Positions 19,558 through 28,733 of a stretch of 32,000 nucleotides of DNA are shown here, one piece after another (position 1 is the stretch's first letter; every line of letters starts with the position of its first letter). The DNA comes from Pyrodictium abyssi. GTDB lineage: Archaea; Thermoproteota; Thermoprotei_A; Sulfolobales; Pyrodictiaceae. Position numbers and translations under genes: made by a program. The stretch lies in NCBI RefSeq assembly GCF_036323395.1, contig NZ_AP028907.1, positions 2,160,001 to 2,192,000 of the forward strand. Direction: 5' to 3'. The notes beneath the pieces were generated by a model. It was not told the origin of the DNA. It searched no databases and saw only the letters and a program-made list of their open reading frames with translations.

Positions 19558-19923
19558 ATGACAAGACAATCTACTCTTCAGGCTCTAAGCCTCCTATCAT
19601 CAGTAACCGGTATAGTGCTGTTGAGCCTCGCCTACCTCTCAGCAGTCAGCGGGTTCTGCCTCCGCAGCCCAGCGGTAGCCCGGATGCCTCCCCTAAGCCT
19701 CCTAGGCGGCTACGGGCTCTGCAGCTACCTCCACGTAGAAGCCCTACCCCCGCTGCTCGCCCTGGCCGGTGTAGCCCACGCAGTAGCCTCTATGGAGCTT
19801 CTAGCAGCACGCTTCACGGGCGCCCCGAAGTGCTACCGGATACTAGCAGAGCTAACCCGCCTAGCAACATGGCTACTCGCAGGGCACCTACTAGCACTAC
19901 TAGTCATAGCGCATACATTATAG
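19558..19923 (+). CDS. small four-TM membrane protein, unknown function
   Basis: 121 aa with about four hydrophobic spans, three Cys (FCLRS, LCSYLH, KCYRI) and several His near membrane edges; divergent from the SagB-like gene. Confidence 0.55.
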   Translation: MTRQSTLQALSLLSSVTGIVLLSLAYLSAVSGFCLRSPAVARMPPLSLLGGYGLCSYLHVEALPPLLALAGVAHAVASMELLAARFTGAPKCYRILAELTRLATWLLAGHLLALLVIAHTL

Positions 19924-20019
19924 TCCCAAGTCCCAAAGAATAGCCGGGGCCCTAGACCGTGCCGGAGGAGTAGGCGTAGCTACAGGCTTGCGAAGCAGGG
20001 CTCCACCCCGGCTAGGGGG

Positions 20020-20421
20020 CTAGCACCATTTCTCCACCGCGAGCGCCTCTATCCTGCCTAGGTGCTTTACGTTGCATGTTGCTAGCCGGCAGCCTTTCTC
20101 CCTCGCTGCTACGCCTATGAGCACGTCGCGGAACCCGAGGCTCATGCCCTGGGAGGCTAGCCGCGCCGCCTCCCTGGCGGCTGCCTCCGCTGTTCTCGGG
20201 TCAAGCCCTATCACGTGGAGGATTTCCTCTAGTTCTCGGATAGCCCTTACCCTCTTCTCGCTGCCGCTGCGGTAGGCCCCGTAGTATAGCTCGAAGAGGT
20301 TAACAACTGTTGTGGCTAGCTCTAGGCCCTCCTCCTCGAGCCTGGCGACATAGTCTACAGCGGTCTTCCTGCCACGGAGCAGGGCTATTAGCAGGTCCGT
20401 GTCCAGGACTGTACACGCCAT
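20020..20421 (-). CDS. PIN-domain toxin (VapC); start near the MACTVLDTDLL Met inside the longer track ORF
   Basis: MACTVLDTDLLIALLRGRKTAVDYV, TTVVNLFELYYGAYRS, GFRDVLIGVAAREKGCRLATCNVKHLGRI. Confidence 0.85.
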   Translation of the reverse strand: MACTVLDTDLLIALLRGRKTAVDYVARLEEEGLELATTVVNLFELYYGAYRSGSEKRVRAIRELEEILHVIGLDPRTAEAAAREAARLASQGMSLGFRDVLIGVAAREKGCRLATCNVKHLGRIEALAVEKWC

Positions 20422-20630
20422 CTCCGCCACGCCTGGCGAATCTCCTCCAGGAGCGCCTCCTCCTCGGAGTCGCTCATATCGCTCCACGCGCCAGCGAGGC
20501 TGAGCAGGCTCCTTCTCCTCCCCGCCTCCTCTATGAGCCGGAGTATGGCCTGTGAGAAGCTCTCCCCCTCCCTCTTATACCGTTTCAGGGCCTCATAGGC
20601 CTCCTCCGACACAGTGATGGTGCGTGCCAC
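20388..20630 (-). CDS. VapB-like antitoxin
   Basis: MARTITVSEEAYEALKRYKREGESFSQAILRLIEEAGRRRSLLSLAGAW, followed by overlapping PIN gene. Confidence 0.85.
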   Translation of the reverse strand: MARTITVSEEAYEALKRYKREGESFSQAILRLIEEAGRRRSLLSLAGAWSDMSDSEEEALLEEIRQAWRRWRVQSWTRTC

Positions 20631-20846
20631 TGCTGCGCCCCGCTGAGGAGAGATACCTAGGCCAAGCTATAAGTTTAAGCGATAAACATGGAGTGGAATG
20701 GGCGGTCAGGCGGCTAATCCCCACGTCACCTCCCCGCCAAGGGGGTCGTGGGCCTGGAACACATCATCCCCTCGGGGCCTCCCCAAGGGGGAGAAGAACC
20801 CCCTGGGGCGTCCCAAGCGCTGCGGGGCCGAGGAGGAGGCCGGGCC

Positions 20847-21158
20847 ATGGAGATCGAGAGGGGCGAGGCGGCAGCCGAGCTGGCGACTGAGGCGCTGAGC
20901 TACGTGAGTGAGGCGTGCCGTAGCCCTCGGCTGCGCAGCGTGTGCGAGCGGCTAGAGGACGTGCTTGTTGCAGCGCTCGATGAGGCTAGGGAGATAGAGC
21001 TAGCGCCCTATGTGCCCCGGCCGCCGGTGGCCATCGAGGCTGCTGCACGGGAGCTGGAGCAGGCTGCACGGGAGGCCGAGAAGATGGGGCTAGGCGAGGA
21101 GGCTTCGCTTCTCTGGGAGGCGGCTCGTAGGCTCTCGATGCTAGCCCGTATAGCCTAG
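20847..21158 (+). CDS. small helical protein, unknown function
   Basis: From internal ATG 20847: MEIERGEAAAELATEALSYVSEACRSPRLRSVCERLEDVLVAALDEAREIELAP... Confidence 0.5.
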   Translation: MEIERGEAAAELATEALSYVSEACRSPRLRSVCERLEDVLVAALDEAREIELAPYVPRPPVAIEAAARELEQAAREAEKMGLGEEASLLWEAARRLSMLARIA

Positions 21159-21356
21159 CCCTCCGAGGCTGTGGCCCCTCCTCTCTGGGCTGGCTGCTCT
21201 CCTCGGTGGGCTTCTCTGCGGGAGCCCCGCTGGTGTGGCTCTCCGCGGCTGGAGCGTGTTCTCCCCCAGGGAGCCCCGGGCCCCCGGGAGAGGCTCTATA
21301 GGCCCCTCTGTGGGGTCCACGGGCTCGCACTGGGTGTAGAGGCGCGGAGAGCTTAC

Positions 21357-22700
21357 ATGTTGCCTGGTGGTAGAGTAGTGGGGCTCGCCGAGATAAGGGG
21401 GATAATACGCGAAGCATGGCCGCTAATGCTCGCGGAGGCTGTGGGGAGCATAGTCTCGCTCATAGACCTGGCCTTCGTCTCCCGGCTAGGCGTCACAGCC
21501 CTAGCGGGGGTCGGCGCTGGGAGCTACGCTGGCTGGTTCCTCAACGTCCCCCTAGCAGCGTTCTACATCGGCGTACTGGTTCTGGCGAGCCAGGCGCTCG
21601 GCGCCGGGCGCCGGAGCCTCGCCGAGAGGATAGTAGGCGAGAGCCTGACAGCAGCAATGCTGGCAGCGCTCCCCCTAGCGGCGGCAGGCATAGCGGCCGC
21701 ACACGGGCTTGGCATGTGGCTCTCCGGCGGCGACGAGGCCGTCGCCGAGGCGGCAGCCGCCTACCTTAGGGCGCGGCTGCTAGGCCATAGCTTCTTCGCC
21801 GCCATGCTCGTCCTCGACGCGGCGTACCGGGCGGCGGGTGCTAACCGCGGCATACTCTACGGCGCCGCCGCCACGGCCGCTGCTAACACGGTGCTGGACC
21901 CCCTGCTGATATACGTGGCTGGGCTCGGGGTAAGCGGCGCGGGCCTCGCCACGGCCGCTAGCTACGCTGCTGGCGTCCTCGTGCTGGCAGCTCGTGCCCG
22001 GAGCCAGGCTGGCTACAGCTCCATAGCCAGCGTCCCCCGGGGGCTAGCCGCCCGCGTCTTCAGGGTAGGCTCGCCGGCTATGGCGGAGAGGCTGCTGTTC
22101 GCCGGGGGCAACCTGGTCTACCTCGCGGCGGTGGCGCGGTGCGGGGAGGCGGCGCTAGCAGCCCACACGGTGGGCGTGCGGATAGAGTCGCTGGCCTTCC
22201 TCCCCGCCTTCGCGCTCTCGACCTACGCTAGCGGCGAGGTCGGCCGCCTAGTCGGCGCAGGCCTGCTGGAGGAGGCCCAGAAGAGGGGCTGGAGTATCGC
22301 CGGCGCGAGCGCAGCCTTCATGACCCTTATGGCCCTGGTGCTCGCCGGGGTCGCGGTCCCGGCGTCAATCCTGCTAGCCCCTAGCGAGGCCGTGGCCACC
22401 CTTGTGGTGGCCTACCTGCTGCTAGCGGCCGTCTCCGAGCCGGCCCTGGGCGCGGTGATGAGCCTCGGCGGCGCCATAAGGGGCGCTGGTAACACGCTAG
22501 TCCCAACGCTAATCAACCTCGTAGGGCTCTACCTGGTCCGCGTAGCCCCAGCATACCTGCTCGTAGGCCGCGTAGCCTCCGGCACCGCGTGCCCCCTCGT
22601 AGCCTGGCTCATAATGGACGTTGACGTCGCAGCCCGGGCTGCGGTGTTCACCCTGGTCTACCGCCGCTACTTCCGCCGCCTAGCACGCCGCCTCGTATAG
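21357..22700 (+). CDS. MATE-family efflux transporter
   Basis: From ATG 21357: GIIREAWPLMLAEAVGSIVSLIDLAFVSRLGVTALAGVGAGSYAGWF...AYRAAGANRGILYGAAATAAANTVLDPLLIY...GAIRGAGNTLVPTLINLVGLYLVRV: MATE repeats. Confidence 0.9.
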   Translation: MLPGGRVVGLAEIRGIIREAWPLMLAEAVGSIVSLIDLAFVSRLGVTALAGVGAGSYAGWFLNVPLAAFYIGVLVLASQALGAGRRSLAERIVGESLTAAMLAALPLAAAGIAAAHGLGMWLSGGDEAVAEAAAAYLRARLLGHSFFAAMLVLDAAYRAAGANRGILYGAAATAAANTVLDPLLIYVAGLGVSGAGLATAASYAAGVLVLAARARSQAGYSSIASVPRGLAARVFRVGSPAMAERLLFAGGNLVYLAAVARCGEAALAAHTVGVRIESLAFLPAFALSTYASGEVGRLVGAGLLEEAQKRGWSIAGASAAFMTLMALVLAGVAVPASILLAPSEAVATLVVAYLLLAAVSEPALGAVMSLGGAIRGAGNTLVPTLINLVGLYLVRVAPAYLLVGRVASGTACPLVAWLIMDVDVAARAAVFTLVYRRYFRRLARRLV

Positions 22701-22801
22701 GAGCGGGCCCCCGGGGGGCCCGGCTAGCCCAATTAATTCCCGAGGGGCCAGGCCCAGGTGCCGTAGAGGGCTAGGCGGGCAAGCGAGATGGCTAGCCAGC
22801 C

Positions 22802-23464
22802 ATGCAGGGCGATATCCCGGCACTGCTGCTAGCGGTGGCAGCCGTCCTGGAGATGGCCGGCGGCGCGGCGGGCGTGCTGCTGTTCCGCTGGCTGTGCCGC
22901 GCCTCCCGGCTCACCGGGGAGAGGAGCCTCTGCGTAACCGGGGCAGCGTTCATCACCTACTCGGCTGGGCTCGTGCTAGAGGCCCTCGGGAACATATACG
23001 CCTATGGTGCCAGCACGGCTGTGCCGCCGTGGAGCCGCCGGCCCGAGTCCGTCGCGCTCCTCGCGCTCAACCACGGCACCCTCCTCGCAGCCCCGCTCTA
23101 CATAGTCGCCTACACGCTCTCCCTCGTAGCCCTCTGCCACACCCACGTGCCCCTCGACACCAGCGGCCGGGGCCGCCTCTACGCGGCTGTGCCCCTGGTG
23201 CTGCAGATGTACATAGAGTACAACCTGGTAGCCCTAGCCGTGCTCGTGGCCGGGGCGCTGCTCGCTGCTAGGAGGTACGGCGGCGTCCGCGGCGCCGGGA
23301 TACTGTTCTACGCGCTCGCAGCCGCGAGCCATACGGCAGCAGCAATGGTGCCCCTAGAGCCCCTGCTAGCGCCAGCCTCGATGATCCTGAGGGCTGCAGC
23401 CCTCCTGGGCTTCGCCGCGCTAACGCTGCCGCATAGAGGGGGCCGTGGAGGGGAGGGGCGGTGA
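22802..23464 (+). CDS. multi-TM protein of unknown function
   Basis: About 6-7 hydrophobic segments; TGEGxx/GTGA-type 4-base overlap with the downstream HTH gene. Confidence 0.6.
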   Translation: MQGDIPALLLAVAAVLEMAGGAAGVLLFRWLCRASRLTGERSLCVTGAAFITYSAGLVLEALGNIYAYGASTAVPPWSRRPESVALLALNHGTLLAAPLYIVAYTLSLVALCHTHVPLDTSGRGRLYAAVPLVLQMYIEYNLVALAVLVAGALLAARRYGGVRGAGILFYALAAASHTAAAMVPLEPLLAPASMILRAAALLGFAALTLPHRGGRGGEGR

Positions 23465-23733
23465 CGCGGCGGAAGTACCGCAGCCAGGCCGGCATAATCC
23501 TGGACATACTGGAGACGCTAGCCCGGGAGGGGCCACAGCCAGCCACACGGCTCATGTACACCGCCAACGTGCCGTATAGCCGGCTCCGCGAGACCCTCCT
23601 AAGGCTCCTCGACGAGGGCCTCGTAGAGGAGACAGGGGACCGGCGCTACAGGATAACAGAGCGGGGCCGCGAGGCCCTCGCCGTGCTCCGCGACGCCCGC
23701 CGCGTCCTAGAGAGCCTCGGCTACAAGTTCTAA
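23461..23733 (+). CDS. small winged-helix transcriptional regulator
   Basis: 90 aa: QAGIILDILETLAREGPQPATRLMYTANVPYSRLRETLLRLLDEGLVEETGDRRYRITERGREAL, archaeal wHTH pattern. Confidence 0.85.
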   Translation: MTRRKYRSQAGIILDILETLAREGPQPATRLMYTANVPYSRLRETLLRLLDEGLVEETGDRRYRITERGREALAVLRDARRVLESLGYKF

Positions 23734-23971
23734 CGCCGGGCCCCCGCCCATACGGGGCGAGAAGCCCTTATCGAGCCCCACCGGGTACGCGCCCGATGGT
23801 GGCAGTGTGTCCGGCGCCACTGAGGCAGCGGACAAGGAGGGCCCACATCCCCCGGAGGCGCGCAGGGATGAGCCCAAGCAGGGGCTAGTCCGGCGCGGCC
23901 GCGAGTGGGTCCCCGGGGCCTTCCTCGACGCTGGTGAGGCCCTCGCAGCCGGGTAGACCGGGTCACGAGGC

Positions 23972-24892
23972 GTGGATGCGGCCTTGGAGCTCGGCCTGGT
24001 GTTCCTCGGGACTAGCGCGGCTGTGCCTATGCGGAGCCGTGGGCTCCCCGGGATAGCGCTAGTGTACCGCGGGAGCATAGTCGTGATGGACTGTGGCGAG
24101 GGCACCCAGGCCGCCCTAACCCGGGCAGGGCTCAGCCCCCTGAGGGTCGAGGCGGTCCTGGTCACCCATCTCCACGGCGACCACGTGTTCGGGCTCCCCG
24201 GGCTAGCCCAGTCGATGGCTATGCTGGGGCGGCGCCGGCCCCTGCTGGTGGCCGGGCCGCCGGGGGTCTACGGGTTCCTCCGCGAAACCTTCCGCTACAC
24301 AAGGTGGCTCCCGCTCTTCCCCCTCTACGTGGCCGAGCTCGAGCCCGGCGACACGCTGGCCCTGCCCAGCGGCCTCCGCGTGGAGGCCTTCCCCGTGGAC
24401 CACACGGTGCCGGCCCTGGGCTACCGGGTGGAGGAGCCGCGGCGTAAGCCCCGGGTGGACCTGGAGCGGGCGCGGCGCCTCGGCCTAGAGCCGGGGCCGC
24501 TGCTGGGCAGGCTCCAGCGCGGCGAGCCGGTACGGGTCGGCGAGAGGCTCATACGCCCGGAGGACGTGCTTGTGGAGAGGCCCCGGGCGGTGATAGTCTA
24601 CACGGGCGACACGCGGCCAGCGGAGACGGTTGTGGAGGCGGCGCGGGGCGCCACAGTGCTGGTGCACGACTCGACCTTCGCCAGCGACATGGCCGAGGAG
24701 GCCCACGCGCAGGGCCACAGCACGGCCCTCGACGCCGCGCGGGCGGCGCGCGAGGCGGGGGTTAGGCTCCTGGTGCTCTTCCACATAAGCGCCCGCTACG
24801 ATTCCCCGGAGCCGCTGCTGCGTGAGGCCCGCCGCGTCCACCCCGCGACGGTGGCGGCGGAGGACCTGGCGAAGCTCCCCCTAAGGGTGTAG
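23972..24892 (+). CDS. rnz: ribonuclease Z (tRNA 3' processing endonuclease)
   Basis: LVFLGTSAAVPMRSRGLPGIAL, MDCGEGTQAAL, VLVTHLHGDHVFGLPGL, VVYTGDTRPAE-type IVYTGDTRPAET, HDSTFASDMAEEAHAQGHSTALDAA, FHISARY. Confidence 0.92.
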   Translation: MDAALELGLVFLGTSAAVPMRSRGLPGIALVYRGSIVVMDCGEGTQAALTRAGLSPLRVEAVLVTHLHGDHVFGLPGLAQSMAMLGRRRPLLVAGPPGVYGFLRETFRYTRWLPLFPLYVAELEPGDTLALPSGLRVEAFPVDHTVPALGYRVEEPRRKPRVDLERARRLGLEPGPLLGRLQRGEPVRVGERLIRPEDVLVERPRAVIVYTGDTRPAETVVEAARGATVLVHDSTFASDMAEEAHAQGHSTALDAARAAREAGVRLLVLFHISARYDSPEPLLREARRVHPATVAAEDLAKLPLRV

Positions 24893-24900
24893 AGGGGGGT

Positions 24901-25443
24901 CTACGCCTGCTCCGGGGGCACCACTGCGACCTCTAAGGTGTCGCCTTCTATCCGGTCGGGGTAGACACGGTAGGCGCTGCGCGGCGCGTGGCGGAGCCCG
25001 TCCTTGCTGGTCAGGGGTACTGCTCTCCCGCCCACAGCTTCTATCATGCCCATTATCACCCCTATTATCGGGGCGGCGTTCAGCACGCTGCCCCGCAGGT
25101 GCTCGAGCCCGGTGAAGACCAGGCGTATCCGGCCCTCCTCCTGCCTAACGTAGGCGCGTGCCCGGTAGCTAGCGCTGGCTATGAGGGCGGTCACCCTCTC
25201 TAGCCTCTGGAAGAGCGGTACTGGGCTGGTCTCCTGGGGGCAGCACATCCTACGTACCTCGGAGTATATCCTGTTGGCTGTCGCGGCGAAGATCCTGGCG
25301 AGGAGCACGAACCCGGCGCTGCCGCCGATAGCGTCCCTGAGCACGTCGGGCACCGAGTAGAACGTGAGGTCCGTTATGAACCTCATGCAGATTGTTAGGC
25401 TCTCTACGGCCTGGCTGCACCGGTCTGTGGGCTTCTCGCTCAC
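24901..25443 (-). CDS. unknown protein, possibly V4R/hydrocarbon-binding-like; true start near GTG 25443
   Basis: From GTG 25443: SEKPTDRCSQAVESLTICMRFITDLTFYSVPDVLRDAIGGSAGFVLLARIFAATANRI...; the upstream Pro/Arg-rich part of the track ORF is non-protein-like. Confidence 0.45.
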   Translation of the reverse strand: MSEKPTDRCSQAVESLTICMRFITDLTFYSVPDVLRDAIGGSAGFVLLARIFAATANRIYSEVRRMCCPQETSPVPLFQRLERVTALIASASYRARAYVRQEEGRIRLVFTGLEHLRGSVLNAAPIIGVIMGMIEAVGGRAVPLTSKDGLRHAPRSAYRVYPDRIEGDTLEVAVVPPEQA

Positions 25444-25535
25444 AGCTAGAACACCGGCCCGGAGAGGCTGCACTGGAGCATAAAAGGCTCTAGCGTACGG
25501 CATTGTTGTTCGTAGAGAAGCATAGATAATACTCG

Positions 25536-26054
25536 ATGCAGCCCACGGTGGCCGCGAGGGGGCGCCGAGGGATGCAGCTCCCCAGCCGCGAGGAGCTAGT
25601 AGAGGAGGCCAAGCAGGTGGTCGAGAAAGCTCTGCTACGGCTCCATGGCAGGCCTGAGGAGGAGCTAGCCAGGGAGGCCATGAGGGACGCCCCGGAGGCC
25701 TACGCGGAGCTACTCCAGGGCTACATGGAGGACATCCGGAGGCTCTACCGCGAGAGCCTAGGCGAGGAGCCCGCCGGGGAGGAGCTGGCAAGGCTCCTCG
25801 AGCGGGTCCGGGGGCTCTACCGGGCTGGCCTCGACTGCCTAGTCCACCCCGCCGTGCTCGACGGCTACCTCGCGGAGCTCTCCAGGGAGCGGAGCCGCCG
25901 CCACATACTGGTGAAGTGCCTGGGCTGGGAGAACCGCTACCTGCTGCTCGAGGGGAGCAGCTCCGAGGACATTGTCTACGCGCTGCTAGCCGCCGAGGAC
26001 CCCGCCGAGATCTACCGGGAAATGAGGAGAAAGGCGAGCGGGAAACAGGGCTAG
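25536..26054 (+). CDS. hypothetical helical protein, 172 aa
   Basis: Charged helical composition (LPSREELVEEAKQVVEKALLRLHG...), ends convergent with the aminotransferase gene with a 4-bp overlap. Confidence 0.55.
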   Translation: MQPTVAARGRRGMQLPSREELVEEAKQVVEKALLRLHGRPEEELAREAMRDAPEAYAELLQGYMEDIRRLYRESLGEEPAGEELARLLERVRGLYRAGLDCLVHPAVLDGYLAELSRERSRRHILVKCLGWENRYLLLEGSSSEDIVYALLAAEDPAEIYREMRRKASGKQG

Positions 26055-27265
26055 CCCACGCCTCCCCGGCCGTCCCTCTCGCTGCTGAGCGCCTCCAGCA
26101 GCTCAGCCGCCATGCCGGGGAACCTCGAGGGGTCCGCCCCCAGGCCTATCCTCAGCGTCCCGGGGAGCATGAAGCACTCGCCCGGGTTAACCAGCACGCC
26201 GCGGCGCTGGAAGAGCCTCTCCGCAAGCCCCATAGTGTCCCTCGTCCAGGGGACCCCTGCTAGCAGGTAGGCGCCCGCGGCCGGCCAGTAGGGCTCCAGG
26301 AGCCCCCGGTGGCCTGGCTCTGCTAGCAGCCTGCGCAGCGCCTCCAGGTTCGCCCTGACTATCCTCCGGGCGCGCTCCTCGAGGGCGGCGCGGACGTCCG
26401 GGCTCCCCAGCACTCTAGAGGCTATCCTGTCGCTGAGCACGGACACGGCTATAGTCGTGTAGTCCTTCACGCTCCACGCCCTCTCCACGGTCTCCTCGCC
26501 GGCCACAAGCCAGCCCACGCGGAGCCCCGGGAGCCCGTAGACCTTAGAGAGCCCACCCACCGCCACGGCGGCGTCGAGCCCCGCGACCTCGACGATGCTG
26601 GGCACACGACGCCCAGTAGCATGCTCCAGCCCGCGGTAGACCTCGTCGAATACAAGCACCGAGCCAGCCCGCCGAGCGGCCCCGGCCAGCTCCTCGAGCT
26701 CCCTCTCGTAGGCGGCGCTCCCCGTAGGGTTGTTCGGGTTGGTGACGAAGACTGCCCGGGGCCGGTGCTCCTCGACGAGGCCCACAAGCCTATCCACGGG
26801 GAGCCTCCAGCCCTCCCCAGGGCTCCTCCAGGCCTCAATGACCCTGGCGCCGCGGAGCTGGAGCAGGCCCCAAACCTGCATATAGCTAGGCATGTCCACG
26901 ACCACTGTGTCGCCGGGCCGCACCAGCGCCAGCACAGCGAGGAGGTTAGCCTCCGCGCTCCCACACGTAGCGAGCACGTTGCCGGGCCCAGCGCCCCCGT
27001 AGAGCCCAGCGATGGCCTCGCGCAGCTCGGGGCTCCCCTGGGTCCAGCCATACCCCAGCACAGTGTCGCCGAGGCCCAGGTCGAGGCCGTACTCCTCCTC
27101 GAGCGCCCTCAGCGGCAGCGGCTCAACCCCGCTCTCGCTCAGCAGCAGCCGGGCCCGGGTCTCGTGGAGGCTCTGCCACCTCTCCAGACAGAACCGCGGC
27201 AGACCCGCAACAGCCTCCCCGAAGTACAGCCCACTAGACACCGCCACCTGCAGCGCACCGTGCAC
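26051..27265 (-). CDS. PLP-dependent aminotransferase, class I/II
   Basis: YGWTQGSPELREAIAGLYG, VFVTNPNNPTG, VLVFDEVYRGLEH, GGLSKVYGLPGLRVGWLV (catalytic Lys region). Confidence 0.9.
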   Translation of the reverse strand: MHGALQVAVSSGLYFGEAVAGLPRFCLERWQSLHETRARLLLSESGVEPLPLRALEEEYGLDLGLGDTVLGYGWTQGSPELREAIAGLYGGAGPGNVLATCGSAEANLLAVLALVRPGDTVVVDMPSYMQVWGLLQLRGARVIEAWRSPGEGWRLPVDRLVGLVEEHRPRAVFVTNPNNPTGSAAYERELEELAGAARRAGSVLVFDEVYRGLEHATGRRVPSIVEVAGLDAAVAVGGLSKVYGLPGLRVGWLVAGEETVERAWSVKDYTTIAVSVLSDRIASRVLGSPDVRAALEERARRIVRANLEALRRLLAEPGHRGLLEPYWPAAGAYLLAGVPWTRDTMGLAERLFQRRGVLVNPGECFMLPGTLRIGLGADPSRFPGMAAELLEALSSERDGRGGVG

Positions 27266-27389
27266 ACACGGCTCTTAGCGGCAAAAAGGCTTGCATCATA
27301 GCCATAGACCCGTGTAGCGGGCCCGAGTGGCGCTGGTGGCTCCCATGCTACTCCCCGGGGGCAGGTCTCAATGGTTCCGGGGTGGAACC

Positions 27390-28586
27390 GTGCTGTTCGA
27401 CCCGCGTCCCAAGACCTCCCGGAGCGAGCTATTCGACCGAGAGAGGGAGCTGGAGATCCTCTACAGAGCTGTGGAGCGCGGATAGCCTCTGATACTAGTC
27501 CTCGGGATAAGGGGATAGGGAAGACGTCGCTACTCTGCTCCTTCCTGGAGAACTGGCGCGGAATCTACGTAGACATGAGAGGTATACGCCGCACAGCAGA
27601 CCTATACTCCAGGATAGGCGAAGGCATAGCCACCCGGATAAACCAGCTAAAGAGCCTACTAAAGGGGATACGTGGCGTACGCCTACTAGGCGCAGAGGTC
27701 GAGATACGCTGGCGCGGAAGAGACTCCATAAGCCTAGCCGGGCTCCTCGAGGAGCTAAACAAGCGCGGCGAGAGAATAGTACTCGTCCTCGACGAGGCCC
27801 AGCTAATCCGCCCACCAGTCTCCACTGAGATAAAGCAGGCAATAGCATACACCTACGATAACCTCGAGAACGTTACAGTGATACTGAGTGGCTCCGAGAT
27901 AGGCCTCCTAAGAGACTTCACGGGGACGGAGAACCCCGAGTCACCCCCTCTACGGCCGCTACGCCCTAGAACTCACCCTAGAACGGTTCCCCCGGAGCCT
28001 CTCAGAAGAATTCCTAGAGAAGGGCTTCCAGGAACACGGAATCAACCCGGGTAGAGACCTCATAGAGCAGGCAGTAGACCTCTTCGACGGGATAGTAGGC
28101 TGGCTCGTATACTTCGGCAAACCCTACATTGACGGAACCCGCGACCCAGCCAGGATACTAGGCACAGCAGTAGAGCTAGCCACCAAGGAGCTAGAGAAGC
28201 TAGCCACACGCGAAAAACTAGTACTAAAAGCGATAGCAGAGGGAGCAAACACCTGGTCCTCAGTAAGGAGATACATAGAGGAGAAACAAGGCACAACAAT
28301 ACCCAAGTCAACCCTAACCAGGCTCATCAAGAGGCTCGAAAAACTCAGCCTAATACAGGACTACAAGTTCCTAGACCCAGTCTACCAACAAGCAGCCAAA
28401 AACTACGAATACACACCACCCAGCACACCTAACCCCTACAACACCATTCTCTCCCACTATTTGTCTGCCCCGCCGACGCTCTGTTCTGGAGTGTTTCAGT
28501 TCCAGCTTCAACTCCATGAGAACACACTATCAGCGGAGTTGAAAGCCGCCGTGGGAACACGGCCAGCCCCTAATAAGCGTTCATGA
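27390..28586 (+). pseudogene. archaeal AAA ATPase (PF01637/ATP_bind_2-type) disrupted by one nonsense codon and two frameshifts
   Basis: Frame 1 from GTG 27390: VLFDPRPKTSRSELFDRERELEILYRAVERG*PLILVLGIRG; P-loop resumes in another frame as GIGKTSLLCSFLENW...RIVLVLDEAQLIRP...VILSGSEIGLLRDFTGTENPESP; third frame resumes as LYGRYALELTLERF...FDGIVGWLVYFGKPYID...LEKLSLIQDYKFLDPV. Lesions: TAG 27483-27485, one base missing around 27510-27514, one extra C in 27944-27948. Confidence 0.85.
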
Positions 28587-28733
28587 GAACACACCCCAAG
28601 GAGACACAATGCCCGATCCCGGCGGAATCGGGGCTGTTCCCAAGAACCAGGAAAGCATAAATACCAGAGAGACACACCAGTATATAGCCGGACGTGTAGA
28701 ACTCCCAACAGGGAACCCAAGATCCCACACAAA

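Noticed and set aside
20748-20846. N-terminal extension of the 20748 ORF
   Set aside because: MGLEHIIPSGPPQGGEEPPGASQALRGRGGGRA looks noncoding; a better start is ATG 20847.
21171-21356. N-terminal 62 residues of the MATE track ORF
   Set aside because: Arg/Pro/Trp-rich, not membrane-like; the transporter plausibly starts at ATG 21357.
23734-23971. GC-rich intergenic segment considered as a structured RNA (SRP, RNase P or tRNA)
   Set aside because: I could not find the conserved SRP, RNase P or tRNA motifs by eye; a covariance-model scan would be needed.
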